From NCBI GenBank assembly GCA_051313645.2, contig JBNRSN020000010.1, forward strand, positions 10,850,001-10,914,000: a DNA stretch of 64,000 nt, given 5' to 3'. The translations under genes were made by a program, and so were the position numbers. The stretch is from Centroscyllium fabricii (Eukaryota). Each line of letters starts with the position of its first letter. Within the stretch, counting starts at the first letter, position 1. Positions 1 to 11,888 of this stretch are shown in pieces. The notes under the pieces were generated by a model. The model was not told the DNA's origin. It did no database searches and saw only the letters and a list, made by a program, of their open reading frames with translations.

Positions 1-519
1 AAGTGGGAGGAGGCTTGGGTGAAGTATAAACACCGACATCGACCAGTTGGGTCGTATGGTCACTTCCAGTGCTATAAATTATATATAAATTTATATAAAC
101 AATACCATAAACAATATTTGGAACAGGCTCCCTTTAACGATCTTGAAAGCAGTTAGAAATAACAAACTCAAATGCAAATTAGAGAGATTACCTTCAGAAA
201 GTAACATTTTGTGAAACGTTATATGAATTATTTCAGACATGACATAAATCTGCTAGCTTCAGTTGAACTGCTGATCCACACAGCGCTGCGTCACTGGGGA
301 TTGATTATTGTCTTTACTGACTCTGTTGTAGAGTAATTGATAGTGATTGATTGTGATGATTAGTAAACAACTTTATTAATGTAATATGCGGCTAGCAAGA
401 TGGTAGATGTTGAACTGGATTAACTGTGCTCATTTCCCCTTTAACAGTTCCTATGTTTCTTTGATCGTTTCCCTTCCTATTTCTAATCTAAAAGCTGCCC
501 TCCAACGAAATAATCACCA

Positions 520-1590
520 GTGAATGTACTAGATTTTTATTTTGAAAAAGCATTTGATAATGTGCCACACAAAAGTTTATTACACAAAACTGGGGCTCAT
601 GGAATTGGTGATAACATATCATTGACAGAGGATTGGATAACGGGCAGAAAAGAATGAGAACTAATAAACAGGTAATTCCACGTTAGCAGGCTGTAACTCG
701 TGGGGTATCAGAAGGATCAGTCAGCTACTTACAGCCTTTATTAATGACTTAGACGAAGGGAAAGAGTGGAGTGTATCCACGTTTGTTGACGATACAAAGC
801 TAGGTGGAACACTACGTTGTGAGGAGGACACAAAGAGGCTGCAAAGGAATAGAGACGGTTTTACTGACAGAGCAAGAAGATGGCACATGGAATATAACGT
901 GGAGAAATGTAAAGTTATCCAATTTGGAAGGAAATATAGGAAAGCAGAATATTTTTAAATTGTGAGAGTTTCGAAAACTTTCGTGTTCAGAGGGACATTG
1001 GTGCCTTGTACACAAATTATTAGAAAGTTAAAATGCAGGCAAAGCAATGCATTACGAAAACAATTGTTATGTTAACATTTATTACCAAACAATTATAAGG
1101 TAAGAGTAAAGAATTCGTACTGCAATTATATAAGGCCTTGGAGAGACCACTCCTAGAGTACTGTTTACAGTTTTGGGCTCCTTATGTAAGGGACGAATAT
1201 ATGTTTTAGAGTAAGTGTCAAGGAGGCTCACTAGATTGGTACCTGGGATGGATGTTTTTGCATATGATGAGAGGCTGAGTAGACTAGGCCTTTAATACCT
1301 AGACTTTAGAAGAATGATAGGTTTACACTGAAACGTTGACAAGTCTTAAAGATCTTGACAGAGTCAACGCTGGGAGGATGTTTCCCTGCCTGTCGAGTAT
1401 TGAATTAGCGTCATGGTCTCACAATACGCGGGCGGCCATTTCGAACTGAGATGAGGAGTAATCTTCACTCAAAGGTTCGTGAATCTTTAGAATTATCTCC
1501 TCCAGATGGCTGTCGATGCTCAGTCGTTGACTACATTCAAGACAGTGATCGGTAGATTTTTTGATAATCTTAGAAATACGAGGCGATCCA
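520..1590 (+). mobile_element. Degenerate CR1-clade LINE, RT C-terminal part
   Basis: Broken reading frames with CR1 RT motifs: 'KAFDNVPHK', 'FVDDTKLGG' and 'RP.LEYC.QFW.P'. Many stops and indels. Confidence 0.85.
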
Positions 1591-1689
1591 CTGATAATCC
1601 CATTAGTAAATGGTTTGTTCAAGGTGAGAGACTAACAAGCTATTGGGTGCCGCTTAATTTCTAGTGCAAAGCTAGGTATTTGTTGCGTC

Positions 1690-2135
1690 AATATGTCTGG
1701 TGACTATTTGGTGTAAAAAGTTTGCCCATACCTCAGCTGAGTGTGTGCGATGTTTATATGTGCAGGGACTTTGCTCTTGTATTCATAGCATGCTGCCCGT
1801 GAGATGCTGTGCTTCACGCTGCGTGTGAACGAATATGCAGTGTGATCTAAACCAGAACTGAGCGTATTTGATGGAAACCTTTCAAGGCAGCTTTACTCTG
1901 TATCTGACCCGTGCTTTTCCTCACCGTTGAGTGTTTTTCTTCGACAATATCGAGGGAGCATTGTACTCCATTTAGCCGGTTCATAAACAGCCATGGGAGT
2001 GTATTATGGAATTTATTAGAGTTAACATTACTCTGCATTTTCCCCAGAATGTGCCTCACCTGGGTATGTTTGATGGGACAGTGCTGAATGAACTTCACTC
2101 TTTAACTAACTCGTGCTACACCTGACCTGGGAGCA
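1690..2135. repeat. Degenerate ~66-bp satellite (consensus like GAGCTTTACTCTGTATCTAACCCGTGCTGTACCTGCCCTGGGAGTGTTTGATGGGACAGTGTAGAGG)
   Basis: Recurring 'ctttactctgtatct..cccgtgct' and 'tgtttgatgggacagtg' motifs. Same family at 6500-7040 and 7890-8545. Confidence 0.7.
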
Positions 2136-2139
2136 CCTA

Positions 2140-3360
2140 CTAAACTGCAGGACATTTTTTCATGAATTACAAGGAAGGATTGATGAATGCAGTGCAATGG
2201 TTGCTGTTTAAATGCATTCTATGAAGGCCTTTGACACCACATAGAAGGCTAGATAAGATTAAATAGACTCATGGAAGAGGTGCGTTACTGGCAGATTGGA
2301 TAAGGAATGGCCTTAAGGAGAGGATACAGCAACGTGCGTTAAATGGCAGTATTTCAGACTGTTTGATGTTAGATTTGGTGATCCCCAAGGGTAAGTACTA
2401 GAGGCAATGTTTTATATAGATATATGACCTGGATCTATGAATACAGAGGAAAATTATTAAGTTTGCTGATGACATCCACTTGGGTTGATGTAAAAAGTGA
2501 GGAAGACACCAATCGACTGCAGCTTGACATGGAGAGGCTAGCAGATTGAGCAGATAAGTGAGATGATGCATTTTGGCAAAACCAACAGAGTGAGTGAATA
2601 TACACTTAATGACACAGTTTGAAAAAGTGTGCAGGTACAAGGGACCCTGCGATTTAAGTTGCATGTGTCCCTAACTTTGTCGGGACATATTGAGAGAGGT
2701 GTTAGCAAAGGATATGCGATCTTGGGATTCATAAATAGAGGTATTGAGTACAAAATTAGAGAAGGTATGTTGAATATTTATAAAGCGCCTTTTTGGGCCA
2801 CAACTGGAGCATTTTGTCCAGTTCTGGAAAGCGCACATTAGGAAAGGTGTGAAGATACCTGAGGTGGTGCAGAGGAGACTTACCAGAATGGTTGCGAGGA
2901 TGGGGGATCTTAGCTAAAAAGACGGTTTGGAGAAGAAGGATTTGTTTTAACTAGAGCAATTGAGGTTGCGGGTGATTTGAAAGAGGTGTACTGTACAAGA
3001 TTGTGATAGTGGTGTAAAATATTACGTCGGGTTTGGATAGGCTACACGGGGAAAGGATTTTTTCCACTAGTTGATGAAACACGGACTACGGGAGACAGAT
3101 TGAAGGTCTTGGCCAAGTGATACAGGGGGATGTAAGGAAAAGCTTTTTTCACAGCGGTGGGTGACGCCTGGAACTCAATGCCGATGGAAGTGGTGGAGGC
3201 AGAGATTCACAATATTTTCAAGGTGAGACTGGATAGGCACTTGAGGGAAACAAACATGCTGGGCTACGGGAATAGAGCGGGGGAATGGCACTGACTGGAT
3301 TGCTCTGCAGAGTGCCGGCGCCCATTCGCTGGGACGAATGGCGACTTTCAGTGCCGTTCT
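2140..3360 (+). mobile_element. Degenerate CR1 LINE 3' portion
   Basis: Contains 'KFADD', 'LGFINRGIEYK' and a CR1-type 3' UTR ('gggacgaatggc'). Confidence 0.8.
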
Positions 3361-3484
3361 GACTTCAAATCTCTGAACGTGAGATGTTGTGCAACATTGG
3401 TTGTGTCAGGCACGCTGCACATTGCACTGGCCACAAGCTGCACCTGAGTTGTCTTCACTTGTGAAAGACTATACAGTGAGATGT

Positions 3485-5729
3485 GGGACAGAAATTCGGG
3501 TCGGAGATTTGACGCGTGCACAAGCCCCCCCACCTGCACGATCCCCCGACCTGCCTTTTAATTTCAATTTCAATTTTATTTTCAATTTCAATTTTATTTG
3601 TCACGTGTACTAAATACCACAAGTGTAATCTAGACGGTGAAATGCTTTTTTCACAGTTCAAACGCACCGCGCAACAAAGAACACTATGCTGCTCCACACG
3701 CCAGGAGCCCGTGAGATTGCAGCCACCTCACCAGCGACATCAATCAAAAGTCCCCTTCTCGCACCGGTCCGACCACTTATGTACACAATGGGCCCTGTCT
3801 TCCTGTGCTCCAGAAGAGCTGCACCCCCACAAAGGGGGGTCAGAAATGCCTCGTGTGGGTGCAGCTCGGGTGATTACCAGAAACGTGAACTTCCTGTGCT
3901 GATGGGCAAGGGGCTTCAGCTTCCTACCCAGGAAGACCTTGCACTGCAGACCTCCTGTGGCAGCTGCTCAATATACGGGTGTATCACGTGGGGAAGTCTC
4001 TCTTTTGCTGCACATTTAAAAAGGAGGCTTAAGAGGCTGCCAGCAGCTTTGAGAAGTGAAAAAAACACGTTTAAAGTTTTTTTTTATTCCTTTGGAGATA
4101 TTTGTCTGTGATCTTACAGCTTGTAAATGTGAAGGTTTATATATATTTTGATGAGACCACAGACAAATATTTCCAAAGGAATTAAAAAAATAATAACTTT
4201 AAACGTGTTTTTTTCACTTTTTAGCAAAAAAAAAACCCTATCAGCAGAAAAGGCAGAAACTTTAAAAAACCAGCTTCCGATAAACTGTAAAAAAAACAAA
4301 CATAAGGTGCTTCCTACCTGATATTCTTCATCCTGCTGGCCGATCCTGTGCTTCGTTCGGGGGTAAAGCCGACCTCAGTGGGCGTGGCTTGCACGCCGGA
4401 CCAAAAAAAAGACGTCCCCACCGAACGAAAAAAAACCGGGATTTCCCACAGGAAGTTCACGTGAGAAAAAAAAAATCACGTGCGCGTCCGCCGCGGGTGC
4501 ACGTCAGCACGCACCCGCAGCAATCGGGCCACAGGAAGACAGGGCCCATTGTTCTTAAAGTTCTTAAGGTTCTTAAGGTCCTTTCCGCTGTTTTACTCGC
4601 TGACCTCCTTCTGTTGTTTCACTCACTCCCCTGCATCCTCTTGAAGACCTGGGCTCCGTGTTCAGCATTCGAAGGCTCTGGGCCTGCCCCATCGTCCTGC
4701 ATGCCGGCTCCCTCCGAGTCCGCCAAGCTCCGAAGCCCGTGGAGGCCTGTGACCTACTTCTCGGGCTCCCACCAAAACCTCTCAAAACCTGGGTTCCGGG
4801 GGCCCGTTCGAAGGTCCTGTTCCCTTGACTCGCAGCTCCAGCCGAGTCCGCCTTGCTCCGGGAGCAGCGTCCGGAGGCCTGAGGCCTAGCACTCAGACCA
4901 CCATCTTGCCGGCTCCCCGAGTCCTCCGGGCTGCCCGTTCACCTGCTCGCTCCCGACTGCCTCCCTCATCCTGCCGTCCAGGCCGGGCTCCTCATGGACG
5001 GATGGCGACCGTGTGTCTTTACATAGTGTGTCTGCCGTTGTGCTGTGCTGTGAGGCCGCCTGCGATTCCGATCCTGGGTTTCCTCCAGCTGCCGCTTTGC
5101 AGTGCTAGCATGTCTCAGTGATGATGTTAGTTTGCAGCCTCCCCTGGGATCACGTGAGCCATCGGGAGCCAATCGGAGCAGGGAATCTCTATTCGTAGAT
5201 TTGACAGGAAAGCTGTCCGCATGCCCTCAAGACCTGTCAAATGTATGAATAGAGATCGGCCTCAAAATCTAAGTAAAACTTCAAATAATTTTGTTAAAAC
5301 ACATTTTTAAAATAAGTAAACTATTTTAAAGTAAAAATCAAATTTTTGAAAAATATAATTAAAGTTTTCAACTGGGCTAAAAATAAACTTAAAATTATTT
5401 GAAGTATTTTAAAATGATAAACGTGTGGACAAATTGAATTCATTTAATTCATTAATCACGTAACTTGTTAAAAGCGAGCCTTGCAACTGCTTTTTTAATG
5501 CACAACTGCTAGGGACAAAGCCGCACAGATAAACCTGTAGAAATATCGGGAGTTCCATGTGTACGAGCCAATCGTAGCAGGGAATCGCTGGTACATGCGT
5601 TTGGTCAGAGAATACCTTCATTCAAGGGAGGGAAGTTCCGGTTCGCAGCGCATGAGCAGTCCATGCAAGAAACGGGTACTTTCATTGTCCCTATGCGTGA
5701 GCACCAGTGGGGACCCTATTTTCTGGCCC
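3485..5729 (-). mobile_element. Non-autonomous TIR element (PIF/Harbinger-like MITE family, ends GGGCCAGAAATT), interrupted by younger insertions at ~3555-4985
   Basis: Ends are gggacagaaattcgggtcgg and ggaccctattttctggccc. 5140-5250 is the reverse complement of 6240-6320 in the next copy. The superfamily call is an inference from the GGGC ends. Confidence 0.55.
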
Positions 5730-5778
5730 ATTGTACCTAACCGTGTCTACTTGCAATTGGATTTTTAAATAAAATAGT

Positions 5779-6488
5779 GGGTCAGAAATTTGGCCCAACA
5801 AAATTGCCGGTTCAATGCATGCACTGCGCATGCGAGGGAAACGGCAACAATCATTCAATTGAAAGATGGGGTTTACAAGATTAATGCGTGCGCCGGAGAG
5901 ACAGCGCGTACCCCTGTAATTTCCGTGTATTTTTACAGGTTGCTCTGGGAGGGTAAGTCTACAGACGCTATGCTTTTAAGAAGCAGTCGCAAGGTAAGTG
6001 GTGAATTAAGTAAAATTAAAATATTTTTTCCACAAGTTTGTTATTCTTATAAACTTTAAAGAGAGGTACGTTTAGTGTTAGCTTCGCTAAAAACTATAAT
6101 TAATTTATTCAAAATTTGAAGTTATTGTTTAAAATAATTATTTTATCTAATTTAAAGTAATTTTAAAAATGCTCTGATTTTGTAATGTATTTGAAGTTTT
6201 CGTTATGTTTTGGTGCCTATCAATAATTCATACATTTGACAGGTACTCCCTGTCCAATCGATGAATAGAGATTCCCTGCTACGATTGGCTCTCCATGGCC
6301 TACGTGATCTCAGGAGATGCATCAAACTAACAACGCCACTGCGATACGTAAGCACTGAGAGCGGGCAGCTGGTGTCAGCACACAGGATAGGAATTCCTTA
6401 CGGGCCCACAGCAGAACAGCCGACGCCCTAACTAAATGCAGGTCGGCGGCTTGGATCCGCGGGAAGCCTCCGACCCGAATTTGTGGCC
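5779..6488 (+). mobile_element. Second copy of the same MITE family, inverted relative to 3485-5729
   Basis: Ends are gggtcagaaattt and ccgacccgaatttgtggcc. It shares the internal blocks (gattccctgctacgattggctc, cacgtgatc) and an AT-rich core. Confidence 0.6.
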
Positions 6489-6499
6489 ATTGTAGAGGG

Positions 6500-7040
6500 G
6501 GCTAATCTCTGTAAGTAACCCAATTTGTACCTGCCGCAGTAGTGTTGAAGGGACAATATCCAGAGAGCTTTACCTTCATCTAATTCGTGCTGTACCTTTC
6601 ATGTGAAAGTTTATTCGAAAAGCGTCAAAAGAGATTTGACCCGCGCTTTTCATGACCTGTGAGAGTTTCATGTGAATTTGTTAAAGGACCTTCTCTCGGT
6701 ATTTAATATATACTGTACGAAACCTGGATGTGTTTGCTGGGATAGTTTAGACAGAGATTTGCTCTTTATCTAGCCAGTTTTGTAGCTGACCTGGGCGGGT
6801 TTTATGGGGCAGTGTACAGGCAGCTTTACTCAGTATCTAGTACGTGCTGGACCTGAAGTGAGAGTGTTTAATGAGCAAACTTAAACAGTGTATCTAACCC
6901 ATGGCGCACCTGATTTGGGAATGTTTGATGGGAAACTGTAGATATAGTTTTACTCTGCATGTATCTCGTGCCGAAACTGAACTGCGAGTTTTGAAGGCTA
7001 AGTTTAGACGGAGCTTTACCTATTACTGCGCATGATTTTA
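6500..7040. repeat. Degenerate ~66-bp satellite array
   Basis: Repeating 'gctttact..gtatcta..cgtgct' with a period of about 66 bp. Confidence 0.75.
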
Positions 7041-7889
7041 CCTTCATATTTTGGTACAATGGCCTTAAGCATTCATAGCCCTGATAATCGCTAAGATGTG
7101 CCTCTGACGCCTATCCTTGTTACAGGGATGGGTTGATTTATAATACAGAGCTGCTTGTTATAACTTCATCCAAGCACCAGTACTTCACACTGCCATTCTC
7201 TGGTACTGCAGGATAGAGACAAACTGCATGATATTATGCGAGGGAGTCATCTAGTTAGAGAAATCAAAATACGAACACAAGGGCCAGTGAATATTGGGTA
7301 TTCATATTTGGAGGATGGGAGATAAATGCGTTTGTGTCAATTATGCACGGCTGCCTGCCTGACGTATCAGTACATGTGAACTGAGTCAGAGACAGGACTG
7401 AATGTGCAACAGGTGTCCATCCCTAGAGACTCTGTGCACCAGGAGCCGAGCATGTTCATGTGACCCAGTGACACCTCGACTTGGCGCAGCTCCGACTGCT
7501 TTGTGAATTTATTTACTGTCTGCTGTGTGATTGGCTCCTGGCTGTTTTGTGATGACACTTGTAGACAGGTTCCCGCTCACTTCTTGTTCCATCAGTGGTT
7601 TGTAACAATGGTAGGGGCTGGATTTGGCAGCAGATATTGTGAGTAAGTGCATCCACTATAAATAAGGGTTTGTCAATAAAGAATAATTTAAACATAAAGT
7701 GAGTTATTCAACCAAATGTAACTAATTATAAATATATTCCAATGAAATATATTGATAATCGCGGAATTTGTCTCATTGTTTTCAAGTAACAGGTTCTAGA
7801 ATCAAATGAATATTTCTTATTGTAAAAGAGTTTTGCAGTGAGCATTGGCTCAATAATTGGGAGAGAGCAAAATCGAATCTGTACCACAA

Positions 7890-8545
7890 TAACTGGGTGT
7901 CGAGAAAGCTCTATAATTTCAGTGCGATTTACACTGTATCTAACAGCTGTGTCCTTGCACAGTGAGCTTTTAATGGGACATTGTTGACGGCGCAACACGC
8001 TGTATCTAACCATGTGCTGTACCTGCCCTTTGTGTGTTTGGTGGAACACAGTCGAGTGAGCTTTATTCTGTTTCGGAGCCGTGCTCTACCTGGCCTGGAA
8101 ATGCTTTAACGAAGAGTGTAGCTGGTGCTTTACTCTGTATCTAGCCCGTGTTGTACAAGCTCTCGGAGTGTTTTCTTGGAATTTGCAGAGGAATTTCTAA
8201 CCTTTATTTAAACAATGCAATATCTAACCTGTGTGTGTTTAATGGAACAGTGCAGTCAGAGCTGTTCTCTATATCTAGGCCATTCTTTACCTTATCTGGG
8301 AATGTTTGATTGGCAGCGCAGTAGGATTTTTACTCGTTATCTACTTAGTGCTGGACTGGACATGGGATTGTTTGATGAGGATGTGTAGAATGTGCTTTAT
8401 ACTGTATGTAAACCGTGCGTTACCTGACCTGGGACTGTTTGATGGTACGGCATAAACTTAGTTTTACTCTCCATATATGTCGTGCCATACCTGATTGCGA
8501 GTGTTAGATAGAACAGTGCAGGTGCAGATTTAACTATCAGTGCCG
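7890..8545. repeat. Degenerate ~66-bp satellite array
   Basis: Same unit as 6500-7040. Confidence 0.75.
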
Positions 8546-8736
8546 ACGGTTTCCCCTTCAATAATTGTACATATGGCTTCACCCATTTATGGCCCTGATC
8601 ATTCCTAAAATGTGCCTCTGCCGCACCTTGATGTTACACCGAATATACATACATAGATACATAGATGATAGGAGTAGGCCATTCGGCCTTTCGAGCCTGC
8701 TCCGCCATTCAATGAGATCATGGCTGATCCTTCAGT

Positions 8737-10458
8737 TCAGTATCCCGTCCCTGCCTTCTCTCCGTAACCTTTAACCCCTTTTGCCTGCAGAAATATATCT
8801 AATTCCCTCTTAAATATGTTTAATGAGCTGGCGTCCACTGCCCTCTGTGGCAGTGAGTTCCACAGGTTCACCACTCTCTGGGTGAAGAAATTCCTCCTCA
8901 TCTCTGTCCTAAATGGTTTAGCCCTTATCCTTAAACTGTGTCCCCTAGTTCTATACTCTCCTGCCATCGGAAACATTCCTTCTGCATCTAGTCTGTCCAG
9001 GCCTGTCAGAATTTTATATGTTTCTATGAGATCCCCTCTCAATCTTCTAAACTCCAGTGTGTACATCCCCAAACTACATAGTCTCTCCTCATAGGTCATT
9101 CCTGCCATTCCTGGTATCAGCCTGGTGAATCGCCGCTGCACTCCTTCCATGGCAAGAACATCCTTCCTCAGATGAGGCGACCAAAACTGCACACAGTACT
9201 CGAGGTGTGGTCTCACCAGTGCCCTGTACAGCTGTAGTAAGGTGTCCTTGTTCCTGTATTCTAACCCTTTTGATATGAAGGCCAGCATACCATTTGCCTT
9301 CCTGACCGCCTGTTGCACCTGCATGCTCGCCTTCAATGACTGGTGCACAAGAACACCCAGGTCTCGCTGTACTTCCCCATCTCCCAATCTATTGCCATTT
9401 AAATAATAATTTGCCCTCCCGTTTTTGCCCCCAAGGTGGATAACTTCACACTTATCCACATTATAGTGCATTTGCCATGTATCTGCCCAGTCCCCCAATT
9501 TGTCCAAATCGCTCTGGAGCTTCCTGATCCCCTCCTCTGAGCCTACCCCCCCTCCTAGTTTAGTGTCGTCTGCGAATTTGGAGATGCTGCATCCGATTCC
9601 CTGATCTAGGTCATTAATATAAATTGTGAACAGCTGGGGACCCAGAACAGATCCCTGAGGTACCCCACTTGTTACTGCCTGCCATTCAGAAAATGAGCCG
9701 TTTATTCCAACTCTCTGTTTTCTATCTGCCAGCCAGTTCTCTATCCACGTCAATACTTTTCCCCTTATCCCATGCGCCTTGATTTTACATGCTAATCTTT
9801 TATGTGGGACCTTATCGAAGGCTTTTTGGAAGTCCAGGTACACCACATCTACTGGCTCTCCCCCATCTATTTTACCAGTTACTTCCTCAAAGAATTCCAA
9901 CAGATTCGTCAAGCACGATTTACCTTTTGTAAATCCATGTTGACTCTGTCCTATCCTGTCCCCATTTGCCAAGTGCTCTGGTATTACATCCTTAATGATG
10001 GACTCCAACATTTTGCCCACCACCGATGTAAGGCTTCCAGGTCTGTAATTACCCGCTTTCTCCCTACCCCCCTTTTTAAACAGTGGGGTAACGTTAGCTA
10101 CCCTCCAATCCATGGGCACTGTTCCCGAGTCTATCGAATTCTGGAAAATTATCCTTAACGCCTCTGCTATCTCTAGGGCCACCTCCTTGAGTACCCTAGG
10201 ATGCATGTTATCAGGCCCTGGGGATTTGTCAGCCTTTAGTCCCTTTAGCTTCCCCAACACCATATCCTTAGAGATATTGATTTTTGTCAGTTCCTCCCTT
10301 GCAATTGTCCCTATGGTTCCCGATATCTCAGGGAGGTTTTTTGTGTCTTCCTTTGTGAAGACAGACCCAAAATATGCATTTAATTGGTCTGCCATTTCCT
10401 TATTTCCCATTATATATTCCCCAGAATCTGACCGTAATGGACCGACTTTGGATTTCAC
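8737..10458 (-). CDS. CR1 ORF2 reverse transcriptase domain, uninterrupted and N-terminally truncated
   Basis: 573-aa ORF with KSPGPD, NYRP.SLTS, LDFQKAFDKVPH, GVPQGSVLGP, FADD and RPHLEYCVQFWSP. Confidence 0.9.
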   Translation of the reverse strand: MKSKVGPLRSDSGEYIMGNKEMADQLNAYFGSVFTKEDTKNLPEISGTIGTIAREELTKINISKDMVLGKLKGLKADKSPGPDNMHPRVLKEVALEIAEALRIIFQNSIDSGTVPMDWRVANVTPLFKKGGREKAGNYRPGSLTSVVGKMLESIIKDVIPEHLANGDRIGQSQHGFTKGKSCLTNLLEFFEEVTGKIDGGEPVDVVYLDFQKAFDKVPHKRLACKIKAHGIRGKVLTWIENWLADRKQRVGINGSFSEWQAVTSGVPQGSVLGPQLFTIYINDLDQGIGCSISKFADDTKLGGGVGSEEGIRKLQSDLDKLGDWADTWQMHYNVDKCEVIHLGGKNGRANYYLNGNRLGDGEVQRDLGVLVHQSLKASMQVQQAVRKANGMLAFISKGLEYRNKDTLLQLYRALVRPHLEYCVQFWSPHLRKDVLAMEGVQRRFTRLIPGMAGMTYEERLCSLGMYTLEFRRLRGDLIETYKILTGLDRLDAEGMFPMAGEYRTRGHSLRIRAKPFRTEMRRNFFTQRVVNLWNSLPQRAVDASSLNIFKRELDIFLQAKGVKGYGEKAGTGY

Positions 10459-10572
10459 CAGTCTTTTCCTCTTAATATACTTGTAAAAGCTTTTGGAGTT
10501 AGTTTTTATGTTTGCCGCCAGCTTACTGGCTCTGCTGCAAAGAAGGGCGGGAAAAAGAGTGGCAGGGCAATA

Positions 10573-11073
10573 GTGATAGGGGACTCAATCGTAAGGGGAA
10601 TAGATAGGAGTTTCTGTGGCCGCAACCGAGACTCCAGGATGGTATGGTGCCTCCCTGGTGCAAGGGTCAAGGATGTCTCGGAGCGGGTACAGAACATTCT
10701 GGAGGGGGAGGGGGAACAGCCAGTTGTCGTGGTACATGTTGGTACCAACGATGTAGCCAAAAAAAGGGAGGAGGTCCTACAAGCTGAATTTAGGGAGCTA
10801 GGAGCTAATTTGAAAAGTAGGACCTCAAAGGTAGTAATCTCTGGATTACTACCAGTGCCACGTGCTAGTCAGAATACAGAGAGCAGGATAGTGAGGCTGA
10901 ATACGTGGCTTGAGCAGTGGTGTAAGAGGGAGGGTTTTAAATTTTTGAGGCATTGGAACCAGTTCTGTAGGAGGTGTGACCTATACAAAAGGGACGGTCT
11001 ACACCTATGCAGAGATGGAACTGATGTTCTCGGGGTAATATTTGATAAAGCAGTTCGGGAGCATTTAAACTAG
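10573..11073 (+). CDS. CR1 ORF1 C-terminal SGNH/GDSL esterase-like domain (inverted segment)
   Basis: IGDSIVRG, LPGA, VHVGTND and D.LHL match SGNH blocks, as expected for CR1 ORF1. Confidence 0.85.
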   Translation: MIGDSIVRGIDRSFCGRNRDSRMVWCLPGARVKDVSERVQNILEGEGEQPVVVVHVGTNDVAKKREEVLQAEFRELGANLKSRTSKVVISGLLPVPRASQNTESRIVRLNTWLEQWCKREGFKFLRHWNQFCRRCDLYKRDGLHLCRDGTDVLGVIFDKAVREHLN

Positions 11074-11214
11074 TATGGCAGGGGGGTAGGAACCTAGGTA
11101 GTGAAAAAGAGGAAAGCAAAATGCAGCCAGAAATAAATGGTAAAAGGGTGAGAAACAAAAAAACAAAATACACAAAGGGCCAAAGTAATTCATAAAAAGT
11201 GTGAGCAAAAAACA

Positions 11215-11888
11215 AGCCTGAAGGCTTTATACCTTAATGCAAGAAGCATTAGGAACAAGGTAGATGAATTAGCAGTAGAAATAGAGGTGAACAAATATGA
11301 TCTAATTGGGATTACGGAAACATGGCTGCAGGATGGGCAAGGCTGGGAACTTAACATACAGGGGTATTCAATATTTAGGAAGGATCGACAAAAAAGAAAG
11401 GGAGGAGGGGTAGCATTGCTGGTAAAAGAGGGGATAAATGCAATTGAAAGGAAGGATATTAACTCGGTTAATACGGAATCTATATGGGTAGAGCTAAGAA
11501 ATAGCAAGGGGCGAAAAACGTTAATAGGAGTGGTATATAGGCCTCCAAATAGTAATAGGGAGGTAGGGGAGGGCATCAAAAGGGAAATTAGAGAAGCATG
11601 CAATAAGAGCTCCGCTGTCATCATAGGTGACTTTAACTTGCATATAGATTGGACTAGCCAAATTAGTAAAAATAATGAGGAGGAGGAATTCCTTGAGTGT
11701 CTAAGGGATGGTTATCTGGATCAATATGTCGAGGAAGCAACTCGGGATCAGGCTATCTTGGACTGGGTACTGTGCAATGAGAAGGGACTAATTAGTAATC
11801 TTGTTGTACGGGGACCCTTGGGTCAGAGCGATCATAACATGATCGAATTCTCACTCGCAATGGAGAGCGAAGAAACTGACTCAGAGAC
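11215..11888 (+). CDS. CR1 ORF2 APE-type endonuclease domain (inverted segment, truncated at the insertion boundary)
   Basis: LNARSI, IGITETWL, GGGVA, YRPP, GDFN, LDWVL and SDH motifs. Confidence 0.88.

Noticed and set aside
4389-5172. GC-rich ORFs or CpG island suggesting a gene promoter
   Set aside because: The segment lies within a nested MITE/LINE composite, has low-complexity translations and shows no linked exons. It is probably a TE 5' end.
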